Below, in pieces: positions 1 to 12,800 of a stretch of DNA of 64,000 nt. Both the position numbers and the translations under genes were made by a program. The stretch comes from Takakia lepidozioides (lineage: Eukaryota; Plantae; Bryophyta), in contig CM060733.1 in the NCBI GenBank assembly GCA_030704615.1, positions 70,494,001 through 70,558,000 of the forward strand, in the 5' to 3' direction. The stretch's first letter is position 1. Each line of letters starts with the position of its first letter. The notes under the pieces are model-generated. The model was not told the origin of the DNA and searched no databases. It saw only the letters and a program-made list of their open reading frames with translations.

Positions 1-1800
1 TTTTTGGTTACTTTCCTGCTGCCACATCGGCAGTAACTTGTCAAAGTCACTCCTAACCACCACAGATCCACCCAACGAGCTAACTTACAAAGTTCAATAT
101 GCATCTTAGGGCCGAGTCTGATGAGAGGGTAAAACAGATAGACATAGGTTGAAGAAGAAGGTGCCCTCACCACATTGTCCTTGACCTTGTGTCATGACCA
201 TGGAGGATTTGACCGAACATCAACCCTAAAGGACCTTGTTGCAGCTTGTGCCTGAAGCCTTCAGATTGACATCTGGCAATCTGCAGGCATTCACTTTTTT
301 GCCTTGTTTGTCCCACCATTGGCTGGGGTCATAAAAATATTCATCCCACAGCTTCTCCTCATCTCTGTTACCTGTTTTTGGATACTTTCCCGTGTCACAT
401 TGGCAGTATCATGTCAAAGTCACTCCAAACTACCAAAGGTTCACTCAATCAGCTAACTTACAGAATTCAACATGGAAATGTAGGGCAGATTCTGATAAGA
501 GGGGAAAACAGGGTGAAATGCGTTGAAGAAGGTGCATTCTCCTCATCCATGTTATCTGTTTTTGGATACTTTCCTGCTGCCACATCGGCAGTAACTTGTC
601 AAAGTCACTCATAACCACCACAGATCCACCTAACGAGCTAACTTACAGAGTTCAATATGAACATCAACCCTAAAGGACCTCTTGTGTGTGCAACTTGTGT
701 TGGTAGCCTTCAGAATGACATCTGGTAATCTACAGGCATTCACCTTTTTGCCTCGTTTGTCCCACCATTGGCTGGGGTCAAAAAAGTATTCATCCCACAG
801 CTTCTCCTCATCTTTGTTTTCCTGTTTTTGGATACTTTCTTGTGTCACATTGGCAGTATCATGTCAAAGTCACTTCAAACTACCAAAGGTTCACTCAATC
901 AGCTAACTTGCAGAATTCAACATGGAAATGTAGGGCCGATTCTGATAAGAGGGGAAAACAGGGTGAAATGTGTTGAAGAAGGTGCTTCTCCTCATCCATG
1001 TTATCTGTTTTTGGATACTTTCCTGCTGCTATATCAGCAGTAACTTGTCAAAGTCACTCCTAACCACCACAGATCCACCCAACGAGCTAACGTACAGAGT
1101 TCGATTTTCATCTCAAGGCCGAGTCTGATGAGAGGGTAAAGCAGACAGAAATAGGTTGAAGAAGAAGGTGCACTCACCACATTGTCCTTGACCTTGTGTC
1201 ATGACCCATGGAGGATTTCACCGAATATCAACCCTAAAGAACCTCTTGTGTCTGCAGCTTGTGTCTGCAGCCTTCAGAATGACATCTGGTAATCTGCAGG
1301 CATTCACATTTTTGCCTCGTTTGTCCCACCAAGCAGCTGGTTCGATTGGCATTTTGTTCATGAAGTCCTCTGCCACCTCCACTCAACCTGCGCGGCCATG
1401 ATTTTGACTCACGGATTGATCTATGAGAACCACCACGGTGCATCTGAGCAGGTAGAGATTGAACACGGCCTGCTAAGACCAAGCTGACTCTCCCAAGAAC
1501 CTTGCAAACATTAGGAAGAATACCAAATCATGGTACTGACAGGAGCCAAGAGCCCACCTTTACAGGATATACAAACTTCTTCAGATCGTACATTTAGAAA
1601 AAGCGACACCCTTCCCCCATCATTTGCTTGATCCTTCATCTGCCAAGACAATCTCTTCAGCAAGTCTTCAGCTCAGCATGGATTTCCTCAATTCGTTGAG
1701 AGCTTGCAGCTTGCAAGGTGAACGATGGCGGAGAACGCAGATCAAGAAGATCAAGATCCGGGCATTTCGGGCAGTTCCAAAAACGTTGGCGCGGCAATTT
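1..1800 (-). pseudogene. Decayed tandem copies of an OSB-type PDF (DUF731-like) ssDNA-binding motif region
   Basis: Minus strand reads DEEKLWDEYF(F/Y)DPSQWWDK(R/Q)GKKVN...PDV.LK...VDVRSNPPW (~200-365, ~660-815, partial ~1200-1335). This resembles the OSB PDF motif LW..FF.NP..WWDNR..K....PDFKHK...ALW.....PPW. Blocks are duplicated (378-660 ~ 828-1110) and full of stops and frameshifts. Confidence 0.65.
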
Positions 1801-2549
1801 TCTATTGGCGTATTTTTGGCGGGCAGTCCGGGCAGATTGACGAAATTTGACGACCAAACGTGGCTACGAAACGTGGCGACGAAAACGTGGCACTTTGGCA
1901 CCCTATTCCTGCTCTACGCTAAACTAGCTTCCGACCTTCGGTCGTCGCTAGAACTAGGGCTTCGCGTTGCTCCGCACTACTAGCGACGAATTCTGAGAAC
2001 TACGTTCAATTTTCACAAAAAGGGCTGGGTCATCCCCATGGTGTTACTTACATACACCCCGTATTTCATTGTTTTTCGGAAGAAGAGCGGAGGAGTGTTG
2101 CCCAAGCTATCATGTTATTTTTATTTTTCAAAGAAAAGAGGGCCAAAATTCTGCTGGTCCCTTCTCTTGGGCATCCTGAAAGTTTGACAAGTTTTGATAA
2201 AGATTGCCACTAAGACTAAGCTGCATTACCATAGGTAGACACCTAAGACTTTCAAAAAGAAAAAAAAGGGGAACAAAAAAAAAGAAAAAGAAAAACGGGA
2301 AGCTACTTCTCAGACATCAGGCCCTTCATTATAGTGAAGAGAAAATAACCTCTTTGTTAAAGATAAAGGTAAAATTTCCTTAATGTCGAATGAATCTACA
2401 AAGCCTTTTTTTTTTTTGGCGAATTTTCACCAAATGGCGACCTCAAAAAATAGAAAAGAATATTCTGTAGCAAATTCCATGTTTTTCATGGATGAAATCG
2501 CCAAATTTCCAGAAATAATAAACATTATGGATGAATTCGCCAAATATGG

Positions 2550-3436
2550 ATGATATGAATGGAAGTAGCGTCTTCCTTCATTCAGTAGGCCAGTGTGGCT
2601 GCATGTAGAGAGAACACATATAAAGGTGATACTGTCCAACTTCAAGCTATTCTTTTGCATTCCTTCAAATAGTTGCAGGACCTCCCTATGACAATCATGC
2701 TGGGTATATCCTACGATCATCGGATTCCATGACACCACATTTCATTCAGCCACATTGTCAAATACTCCTTTTGCATCCTGAATGCATCCACATTTCGCAT
2801 ACATGTCCACCAGGGCAGTGTCCAGAATGAGATTTGGTACAATTCCAGCTTTGATGATGTCACCATGCACCCTTTTCCCTTTTCCAGGGCTGCCAGGCTT
2901 GCACATCATTTGCTCATAGGTCTCCAAGGCCTCCACCCGCGCCCCTGCTGTGCATATCCTGCAAGCATGGCATTCCATGACACCAAATCTCGTTCAGCCA
3001 TACTGTTGAACACTTCATCCGCATCCTTGATGCACCCACATTTGGCATACATGTCCACGAGGGTATTGTTCAGAATCACATCTGGTACAATTCCAGCTTT
3101 GGTACAATTCCACAACGATATTTGGCAAACTCCCAGCTTTGATGATGGCCGTGTGGACCTCTATGCCCTTTCCAGGGCTGCCAGGCCTGCACACGCCTTG
3201 AGAACGCTAATAAAAGTTACCGCATTGGGTGTCACCCCTTCCCCTGTCATTTGGTCATACATCTCTAGACCCTCCTTACAACATCCACATATCCTGCAAT
3301 TAATGCACTCCATGAGACCAAATTATGTTGAGCCATATTGTTGAACACCTGACGCGCATCCTTTAAAATCCCGCATTTAGCGTACATGCTCACAATGGCA
3401 GTCCCTAGAATTATATCTAGCACAATTCCAGCTTTG
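2550..3436 (-). pseudogene. PLS-class PPR pseudogene fragment
   Basis: Motifs [64 protein letters not shown] and ITFICVLSTCSHTGLLNEGRRYF, with frameshifts. Truncated at 3436 where the 96-bp array begins. Confidence 0.9.
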
Positions 3437-5100
3437 TCAGATGGAAATTCGGCGCCGTTTTTCCATCCGAGGGATGTTCTCTATCGGGTAGGTGTCAGCC
3501 TCTCCCCCCGAGACAACTTCATCCGACGGGCCTCGTATCGAAATTCAGCGCCGTTTTTCCATCCGGGGGATGTTCTCTCTCAGCCAGGTGTCGGCCTCTT
3601 CCCCCGAGACGACTTCATCCGAACGGCCTCGGATGGAAATTCGGCGCCGTTTTTCTATCCGAGGGATATTCTCTGTCGGCCAGGTGTCGGCCTCTCCCCA
3701 CAAGACGACTTCACCCGAACGGCCTCGGATGGAAATTCGGCGCCGTTTTTCCATCCGAGGGATATTCTCTGTCGGCCTCTCCCCCCGAGACGACTTCATC
3801 AGACGGGCCTTGTATGGAAATTCGGCGCCGTTTTGCCATCCGGGGGATATTCTCTGTAGGCCAGGTGTCGGCCTCTCCCCCCGAGACAACTTCATCCGAC
3901 GGGCCTCGTATGGAAATTCGGCGCCGTTTTTCCATCCGGGGGATGTTCTCTGTCGGCCAGGTGTCGGCCTCTCCCCCCGAGACAACTTCATCCGAACGGC
4001 CTCGGATGGAAATTCAGCGCCATTTTTCATCCGAGGGATATTCTCTGTCGGGCAAGTGTCGTCCTCTCCCCACGAGTCGACTTCATCCGAACGGCCTCGG
4101 ATGGAAATTCGGCACCGTTTTTCCATCCGAGGGATGTTCTCTGTCGGCCAGATGTCGGCCTCTCCCCCCGAGGCGACTTCATCCGATGGGCCTCGTATGG
4201 AAATTCGGCGCCGTTTTGCCATCCGGGGGATATTCTTTGTAAGCCAGGTGTCGGCCTCTCCCTCGAGACAACTTCATCCGAACGGCCTAGGATGGAGATT
4301 CGGCGCCATTTTTCCATCCGAGGGATGTTCTCTGTCGGCCAGGTGTCGGCCTCTCCCCCCGAGACGACCTCATCCGATGGGACTCGCATGGAAATTCGGC
4401 GCTGTTTTGCCATCCGGGGGATGTTCTCTGTCGGCCACTCCCAACGAGACGACTTCACCCGAACGGCCTCGGATGGAAATTTGGCGCCGTTTTTCCATTC
4501 GAGGGATGTTTTCTGTCGGGCAAGTGTCCACCTCCCCCCCCAAGACGACTTCATCCGACGGGCCTCGTATGGAAATTCGGCGCCGTTTTTTCCATTCGGG
4601 GGATGTTCTCTGTCGGCTAGGTGTTGGCCTCTCCCCCCGAGACAACTTCATCTGAACGGCCTCGGATGGAAATTCAGCGCCGTTTTTTTTTCATCTGAGG
4701 GATATTCTCTGTTGGGCAGGTGTCGTCCTCTCCCCACGAGACGACTTCATCCGAACGGCCTCGGATGGAAATTCGGCACCGTTTTTCCATCCGAGGGATG
4801 TTCTCTGTCGGCCAGGTGTCGGCCTCTCCCCCCGAGGCGACTTCATCCGACGGGCCTCGTATGGAAATTCGGCGCCGTTTTGCCATCCGGGGGATATTCT
4901 CTGTAGGTCAGGTGTCGGCCTCTCCCCCCGAGCCAACTTCATCCAAACGGCCTCGGATGGAGATTCCGCGCCGTTTTTCCATCCGAGGGATGTTCTCTGT
5001 CAGCCAAGTGTCGGCCTCTCCCCCCGAGACGTCTTCATCCGACAGGCCTCGTATGGAAATTCGGCGCCATTTTTCTGTCGGCCAGGTCTCGTCACCCTCC
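3437..5100. repeat. Tandem array of ~17.5 copies of a 96-bp GC-rich monomer with an internal hairpin and 7-mer higher-order structure
   Basis: Monomer starts (ATGGAAATTCGGCGCC) at 3441, 3537, 3633, 3729, 3814, 3910, 4006, 4101, 4197, 4292, 4388, 4473, 4569, 4666, 4765, 4861, 4957 and 5053. Confidence 0.95.
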
Positions 5101-5330
5101 GATTTGACGCCATGTCGAATTAAATTCTGCCCCTCATTCCTGGGTACGGCTATATTAAATGTTGCTCTTTTTCTTTGCCACTTGCCCGACCTTCGCTCGT
5201 GACCCACGCGTTTCAAACCGAGACAACAACAACACTTGCTCGCTCCGAGCTCCTCTCACTTTAGCTTCCCCACACTCCCCCTTCCGTGCGCACCCTCTCT
5301 GCTTCCTGGTAGCCCTTTCAATAGTCGGCG

Positions 5331-8330
5331 ATGGCATGCTGGGATCCCAGCAACTGCCCAAACAAGCATCTCACCCCGTGGGACTTCTCGCCCAAGTCAA
5401 GGGATATTTTCATATACCTGCAGGATTGGATAGACCACTCTCAGCAGAGGAGGGTGCACCTGTCCGCTCTTGAGTACCTTCCTGGTCTCCACGATCAGCC
5501 TCACCGGGACGGGCTTGCGCGGCTTTGGTGCCTGCGAATCGTTGATTTGCAGTTTCCGCCAGCATGGAACATCCCCAAAAGCCGCACGGCCTTCCTACAT
5601 CATTGGAGGTGCTGCCAGTGGGCCTATGAGGATTGCATCGGGTGTACGTACATGCCAGAGAGGATTCCATCACAAACATTGTATGGGGACATTCTCATAA
5701 GCTACGAGGATGAGTCCTATGGACACAGAGTCTCCACAGCAAAGATCTCGATCTACGATGGTGCATATATCGGAGGACATGACACCGTTGTCCACTACAC
5801 CAAAGGCAAACGGGCTGCATCCATTGTCTTTACCTACCGACACCCTGTCAGTCATGAACTTGTTGAGAGGCCAATCGAGGTTCCAGCTTCTTGGTGAGAA
5901 CAGTGCAACACGGGAGCAAATTCCCAACTTATCGGAGCATGGATTGCATGCATACTTTTGGCTTCCCTCGGTTTGTGAGGGCATGCATATTTGTCACAGT
6001 TCATTATTAATAAAAATGTCTCCTTTGAACCAAAGTTCCACTTTTTGTGCAAAGTTGCATTTTTGTTGAATGTTGACTTTTGGCAGCGAGGGTCTCGCAC
6101 TCAATCTTGCAATCAGACCCATTGGAATGCCACCTCTGTCAATTCCCTCTGTCCATGGGGAAGGTGCTTGCACGCTCGCCCCCCCACGCTTCTTGTCAGA
6201 CGCCACAATTATCGGTTTGTGCAGCGCATCTGCACTGGTCATATACCTTCTGACTGCATACCGTTGGCAGTTATTGCACAAAGGCCAGGGGCCGCATTCC
6301 TGGACTACAGCAAGTTTGCAATTAAATCCGTTATATGCCTTCCCGCAGACGTCGACGGTAATATCTTCTTTGAGTTCCCTCCTCGAACGGATATTCGAGG
6401 GCGTCCGGAATGTTGACAGATATGGATAGGAAACATGACGGTCATCCTTGGTGCGTCACCAAAACCACCAGCATGAAGATGCTCGATGGTGTGCGGGTGC
6501 GCTACGTTGTTTGTGCGGGCGCGTTGCGGTGTTTCTCTCCAACTTGCTTCCACTTTAAATCCAGAGGTCACAGGAACGAGACGGATTGGACAGGCACAGC
6601 TCATCAACCATTTCGAGCTCAGGAGAAGGTTCCAAACTCCACATTTAAGTGTGCGCATTGCACAGAACCACCACATTACATGTCTGTTTGTAATGCCAAG
6701 CCGTTCTATGTGTTGCACCGTTTCCCTGACCTCACATGAGCTTGCATACACGTTGGTTCCCATTGTCACAAATTGGCAAGGGGGAACTCGTGAGAGGCTG
6801 CCCACGAGGCAGAGCAGCTCGTGCAGGAGGAGGTTAAGTTGAGACCTGGTGCCAAACCCAAACAGATACAACTGCAGACCGCCCATAAGATGGCATTGGC
6901 CAGAATTATGTCGGAAGACGGCTCCGACAGAGTTCCTCTCGATGAAAAGGAAATGGAGGCATTGCTGGAGTCAGTGTTTCACGTCTGTTCACCGAATGTC
7001 CGAAACCACATTGTCTCCTGCAAACAGAGAATTGGGCCTGGCTCGGATATGCACTCCATTCTGGAGGTGAAGCGACGATGTGGATATGACTACATTCATG
7101 GAAGTAGGTTTCCAGGACAAGGGACTGAGGCAGATCGTTGTTTTGTATTCAAAATGTCAACGTGTGGGCGTGGCAGCGGCGTCGAACTGGTCCACCGGAT
7201 GACGAGTGGGGACTTGTCAAACAGTTGGGTCATGTTCGACCATATCAAGCGAATTACAAAATCACCAGTGGGTGACAATGGGTGCACATGTCTACGACAC
7301 CCACTGCAGGATGCTAATGACAATTGTTATTTGTGAGATGAAAGGAGAGGACACACAATCGGAGATGCTTCTTTGGCAGGGAATAAACGAACAGATGGCC
7401 AAGGCAGGATTGCACCCTCCCAAATTCCATGGTTTCATGGCGGACAACGCACAAGCAAATTGGGCTGCCATCCGAAGGGTGTACGGGGAAGACCCCAATG
7501 TTTCGATGAAAAACAAGGAGAGATCTTGTGGGTTCCATTTTCTGTAGAGCTTGTTGCAGTACACAACCAGGCTCGTGGCGCCAGATTTCAGAGAGGAGCA
7601 CCGTTCCATGTGTCTTGCGTGGAAGCGTGCTCCCATCTTGGATGATGCAGAGACACAATTTGCATGTATACGGGCTTGGTGGACAACGTCAGGTGCTGTA
7701 AGGAAATCAGACGAGGGAGCAATGGTCAGTTGGCTAGCATGGTGACATTATCGTTTCCTCCAGTTTGGCGACTATATGCGGGAGGTGAGTTGGACGAATT
7801 TGTGTCCCGTTGAATATTATGCTAACTACTCATTATTTGTAATTTGCTTGTAACCTCAACATGTGCATGTGCAGGAAACGTGTCTCGACTCCGACACCGA
7901 CATGCCGACAACAAACATGGCCGAATCAGTACATTCTTCCTGGCGTGCCTCCTCTGCGGCGCATCTGGTGGACATCCTCACTGCCACAACGGAGGACATT
8001 GTGAGGTCAATTATGCAGCAATGCAGGTACAACGAGTTCTTGAAAGGGAAACAGTGGGGCTTGGGGCCGGACAGGCAGGAAATGCTGATGCGGACTGCCT
8101 CCAGATCGAAGAATCCTCGGAAGTGGGCGGCAGCCTTGCGAGAGGGCCTTCGGGACACGCCATTGCTTTGAAGTGGCCAACACTTGGAAGGAGATGTTCA
8201 CACCCGTTCAGTGAGACGAAGACTTGACGAGGCACCTGGCGGAGAAGAGGATTCATGGCGAGCTGACAAGAATATTTGCACGCTCCCTCGTGGTCCCGTG
8301 ATGTTGCCCGAGGAGGTCTCGTCGAGCACC
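5331..8330 (+). pseudogene. MULE-type DDE transposase pseudogene with N-terminal Cys/His zinc domain
   Basis: DRKHDGHPWC..C.G.LRC...C..C..C..H.G.H.H zinc domain; WVMFDHIKR (D1); FHGFMADNAQANW (D2); ERSCGFH (CxxH); NMAESVH (E). Probable intron ~7785-7872. Several stops and frameshifts; no SWIM seen. Homologous to 59328-62956. Confidence 0.85.
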
Positions 8331-8819
8331 GCAAGTCCGATGTCTGAAAAATGGCGCCGAATTTCCAATTACATGGCCCAAGAACTGCCCAACATTTGTG
8401 CAATCCCCGGCACGATGTACCGAAATTCGGCGCCACATTTTCAAATTTTGGGCTTATACACCTGCCATGTTAGGACCTATAGCCGCAATTCGGCACCATT
8501 TTTCGCCGGAAACACCTATTACCGCGAAATACGTCGTAGATTTCTCCGGTTTCGGAACCTATTACCACGAAATTCGGTGCCGTTTTTGCAGATGTCGCTT
8601 GGAATTCGCATGAGCGGAAGACGAAATATCATGAGCACGGCTCTCAAAACTACAATTTTTACTTCAAACAATGAATATTATATTGGTTTTTCTGACACAT
8701 TCTATTAAAATATTATTTTTTAATGTTTTTTATTTTCAAAATTTGTACTTCTGCTCATGAAAACCGATTGTCTTGCTACTCCGCTCATGCCGCTCATGCT
8801 CATGAAATAGCTAACCTCG

Positions 8820-9660
8820 TGTAATAAGCTGAGTTGGGTGTTTCCTAGAACAAATCTAGGCTGTCATTATCAGCTGCAAAGCAAGGATGTATGCATCATT
8901 TGTGTAGAGGCATAGATAGCTGAAGGAGCGGGGATAGAGTGTGGGTCCAAATTCATCCAAGTGGGCTCGACTTCAAGCTCCAGATTACCTTGATTTCAGG
9001 TGGATCAGTAGCTACAAGAAACCTGCATGTATAGATGGTCAACTAAAGGCAGCAGCTACAGCGACATAGTTGATAAAATCAAGCACCTCAACCATGACCA
9101 CAGCTGTTGAAATTAGAGGATCAAGAGAGGGAGTCCACAATGCCTCTTTTGGCACTTCTGGGCATGTGAAGATACTTTGTGCGGCAAGCAGACTGACAGA
9201 GGCTCTACAGACTCTAAACCAAGGAGGCATTTCAGCAGATTCAGATATGTATGTCTGTCTGTTGCTTAAGTGCATCAAGATGGAAGGTCTGGAAGCTGGA
9301 AAGCAGGTGCACACTCACATTATCCAAAGTGGATTCACGCCAAATGTTTTTCTACTCAACACCCCTGTCAACATGTATGTTAAAGTGCGGGAGCATCATG
9401 GATGCTCACCAAGTGTTCAACAGAATGCCTCAATGATCTTTGATCACGTGGAATATTATGTTGGCAGGATTTACCAAGCGTAGGTGTGGTAGGAATGCTT
9501 AGGAGACCTATGAGCAAATGTTGCGTGAAGGGGTGAAGCCCAACCACATCGCGTTTGTTTGTGTTTGCAATGTGTGTGCAAGCCTGGGAGCTCTGGAAAG
9601 AGGGAAGAGGTCCATAGTGACATTGTCAAAGGTGGAATTGTACCAGCTGTCATCCTGGAA
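8820..9660 (+). pseudogene. PDF-motif + PLS-PPR chimeric pseudogene, copy 1
   Basis: QIHPSGLDFKLQIT/WISSYKKPACIDGQL leads, across one frameshift and a TAG that is CAG in copy 2, into LCAASRLTEAL...YVCLLLKC...GKQVHTHIIQSGFTPNVFLLNT.VNMYVKCG. Near-duplicate of 10290-11130. Confidence 0.8.
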
Positions 9661-9699
9661 ACAGAAGCGGCAACAACACAATTGATAGAACAATTTGCT

Positions 9700-10285
9700 G
9701 CTAATGAAGGTACCTTCTTCAATACATTTCACCCTGTTTTGCCCTGTTATCAGAGTCGTCCCTAAATTTCATGTAGAATTCTACAAGTTAGCTCGTTCAC
9801 GATGTGAGCTGGCATGAGTTTTATAAAGATCCTTCACGATGGTGGGACAACCGCAATCACAAGGTGTGGCTTTTCTTAATGTACGATGTGAAGAAGTTTG
9901 TCTATCTTGCAAAGGTGGGCTCTTGGCTTCTGTTAGTACCATGATTTGGTGTTCTTCCTGATGTTTACAAGGTTCTTGGGAGAGTCGGCTTGGTCTTAGT
10001 AGGCCGTGTTTCAATCTCTGCCTGCTTAGCTGCACCGTGGTGGTTCTCACAGACCAATCCAACATTACCTGACTACAGACACAAACATCACACACAAGAG
10101 GTCCTTTTGGCCGGTTGATGCTCGGTCAAATCCTCCGTGGGTCAAAGACAATGTGGTGAGGGCACCTTCTTCTTCGACTTGTTGCAGCTTGTTTTGCCCC
10201 CTCATCAGACTTGGCCCTGAGATGCATATTGAAGTCTGTAAATTAGCTCATTGGGTGGATCTGTGGTGGTTTGGAGTGACTTTGA
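9700..10285 (+). pseudogene. Rearranged PDF-region fragments (reverse complement of parts of 1-1610)
   Basis: 9863-10060 is the reverse complement of ~1411-1610. 9700-9800 and 10095-10285 match the reverse complement of the blocks at ~30-540. Confidence 0.75.
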
Positions 10286-10289
10286 ATTA

Positions 10290-11960
10290 GTGTGATAAGT
10301 AGGGTTGGGGTGTTTGCTGGAACAATTCTAGGCTGTCATTGTCAGCTGCTAGCAGCAAGGCAAGGATGTATGCATGATTTGTGCGGAGGTATGGATAGCT
10401 GAAGGGGCAGGGATAAAGTGTGGGTCCAGATTCATCCAAGAGGGCTGGATTTCAAGCTCCAGATTACCTATGATTCCATGTGGATCGATAGCTACAAGAA
10501 ACCTGTTGCATAGGTAGATGGTCAAGTAAAGCTAGCAACTGCAGCGGCACAGTTGATAAAATCAGGCACCTCAACCATGACCACAGCTTCTGAAAGAGGA
10601 TCAAGAGAGGGAATCCACAATGCCACTTCTGCTGGGCATGTGAAGATGCTTTGTGAGGCAAGCAGACTGACAGAGGCTCTATAACTTTAAACCAACAAGG
10701 CATTTCAGTTGATTCAGATACGTCCGTCTGTCTCTTGCTTAAGTGCATCAAGATGAAAGGTCTGGAAGCTGGAAACAGGTGCACACTCACATTATCCAAA
10801 GTGGATTCACGCCAAATGTTTTTCTACTCAACACCCTTGTCAACATGTATGTTAAGTGTGGGAGCATCATGGATGCTCACCAAGTTTTCCACAGAGTGCC
10901 TCAACAATCTTTGATCACGTGGAATATAATGTTGGCAGGATTTACCAAGGATGGGTGTGGTAGGAATGCTTTGGAGACCTATGAGCAACTGTTGCACGAA
11001 GGGTGAAACCCAACCACATCACGTTTGTTTGTGTTTGCCATGCGTGTGCAAGGCTAGGAGCTCTGGAAAAGGGGAAAGAGGTCCATGGTGACATCGTCAA
11101 AGCTGGATTTGTATGAGATGTCATTCTGAACAATGCCCTGGTGGACATGTATGCCAAATGTGGGTGCATTAAGGATGCGAAGGGAGTTTTCAACACTATG
11201 GCTGAACGAGATGTGGTGTCATGGAATGTGGGGGGAATGTGATGCTTGCAAGGTGTGCACAGCAGGGACATGGTATGGAGGCTCTGGAGACCTATGATCA
11301 AATATTGATGGGGGAAGGGGTGAAGCCCAACCACATCACGTTGCAGCATACTGGTACTTCACAGCCATGGCGGCTCTCTCAACCCCTCCATTTTTTTTTC
11401 TTTTGTTTTTTTTTGGCGCTGGGAGAGAGCAGCAGCTCTGTTGTCTCCTTCCCCTTGCTTATGCCGATCGTTAAAGTGGAAATTGTACCAGTTGTCATTC
11501 TGAACTCTGCCTTGGTGGACATGTATGCCAAATGTGGGTGCAACAAGCCTGATGCGAAGGGAGAGTTTGATAATATGGCTGAACGAGATGTGGTATTTTG
11601 GAGTGCCATGATTGCAAAGTATGTGCAGCATGGGTATGGGATTAAGGCTTTGGAAACCTAAGAGCAAATGATGTGGGAAGGGATGAAGCCAGACCAGGCC
11701 GTCATGTTCATTTGTTTTTGTAATATGCATATGCGAGCCTAGCAGCCCTGGGAAGGGGCAAAGAGGTTTATGGTGACATTATCAAAGCTGGAATTGTATC
11801 AGATGTCATTCTGAACATTCCCCTGGTGTACATCTACGTCAAATGTGAGCCTGGCAGCCCTCAAAAGGGCACAAAGGTCCATGGTGACATCGTCAAAGCT
11901 GGAGTTGTCACTCTAAACACTGCTTTGGTGGATATGTATGTCAAGGCTGCCCTAGAAGTG
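10290..11960 (+). pseudogene. PDF-motif + PLS-PPR chimeric pseudogene, copy 2
   Basis: From 10421: WVQIHPRGLDFKLQITYDSMWIDSYKKPVA*VDGQVKL..., then multiple P/L/S motifs ([36 protein letters not shown]). Stops, frameshifts and a small insertion at ~11345-11465. Confidence 0.85.
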
Positions 11961-12063
11961 GATGTCACTTTGGGTGACAAGGTAGCTGGCACGACCATTC
12001 TCTGGAACTACAAGTTCCTGAATTCATTCTCGAAATGTCTCGAAATGATTTCTCGAATGATTT

Positions 12064-12800
12064 CTGATAAAACTGGCCAATTCCAAGGAGGGAGGGAGAG
12101 AGAGAGGAAGAGATGACGAAACCAAAAAAAGGTGGGGGGGGGGGGGGTGACTGAGCAGCTGCTGCTGCTCAGTTCCCCGTCCCCCCCCCCCATTTTTTTT
12201 TTTCTTTGTTGCCTGATCTCTCCCTCTCTCTCCCTCCCTCCTTGGAATTGGCCGGTTTTATCAGTGTTGATTTCCTGGACTCTGGCAGTGTTTTCACCCG
12301 TCCTATAATGATTTTTCATCCATACCGGATGAGTCACCAGAGAATGAGAAATTACCTCTGTGGGGGTTGCCACTGGCATCCTGTTTTTCTATCCATACCG
12401 GATGAAAAATGCCAGGATATTTTTTTTTTCATTCTTTTTTTTGTTTTTTCATCCGTCCCGAATGAGGCATTTTTGGGATGTTGAATTACCTGTGAGGATG
12501 TAAAACCGTTGCCTTGGATGTTATTTCCTATTTTTTCATCCTACTGATGGATTTTTTTCCAACGGAGGAACTCCAGGATTTTTTTTCATCTGAACCGGAT
12601 GATGTGTATAGCTTTTGATGGCCTTGGACTGATATTAATTACCCCTAATTATGGTTAATTAAGGTGTAAAACCCTAACCCCTACCCTAAAACCCACCGTT
12701 TAACCTAGCTACGGATAAATTCCGTCGGGTTTTAAAGGATGTGAGGTTGATTGTTCATCCTGCATGGATGAAAAATCGGGCAAGTGCCCTAGGATGTCTC
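12064..12800 (-). repeat. Inverted partial copy of the subterminal region found at 14194-14700; includes a ~200-bp fold-back (12064-12264)
   Basis: 12200-12560 is the reverse complement of ~14194-14640. It is rich in CATCC...GGATG palindromes. CTGATAAAACTGGCCAATTCCAAGGAGGG (12064) pairs with its reverse complement ending at ~12264. Confidence 0.85.

Larger units (their letters stand above)
3437..8810 (+). mobile_element. Mutator-like (MULE) element, family A, degenerate
   Basis: Transposase remnant flanked on the left by the 96-bp array and on the right (8350-8590) by scattered copies of the same AAATTCGG(C/T)(G/A)CC motif. No clean TIR/TSD found, so the ends are approximate. Confidence 0.6.

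Noticed and set aside
1905-1990. GC-rich hairpin CGACC-TTC-GGTCG followed by CTAG (possible Helitron end or structured RNA)
   Set aside because: Too short, with no partner end or second copy in the window.
2415-2545. Small MITE-like TTGGCGA/TCGCCAA inverted motifs (also CATGAGC/GCTCATG motifs at 8605-8805)
   Set aside because: Plausible MITE remnants, but the boundaries and TSDs cannot be defined.
3437-5100. CRISPR-like appearance (palindromic repeats at regular spacing); likewise 36443-36897 and 55077-55794
   Set aside because: In the 96-bp and intronic arrays the spacers are homologous to each other, and in the 16-bp set they are irregular. There are no cas genes and the context is eukaryotic.
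3386-5216. Long ORFs (up to 387 aa) on both strands over the 96-bp array
   Set aside because: A GC-rich monomer whose length is divisible by 3 gives open frames in most phases. Indels shift frames freely and there is no sign of coding constraint.
12669-12695. Telomere-like AAACCCTAACCCCTACCCTAAAACCC
   Set aside because: Only 3-4 degenerate units inside a TE subterminal region; not a telomere or interstitial array.
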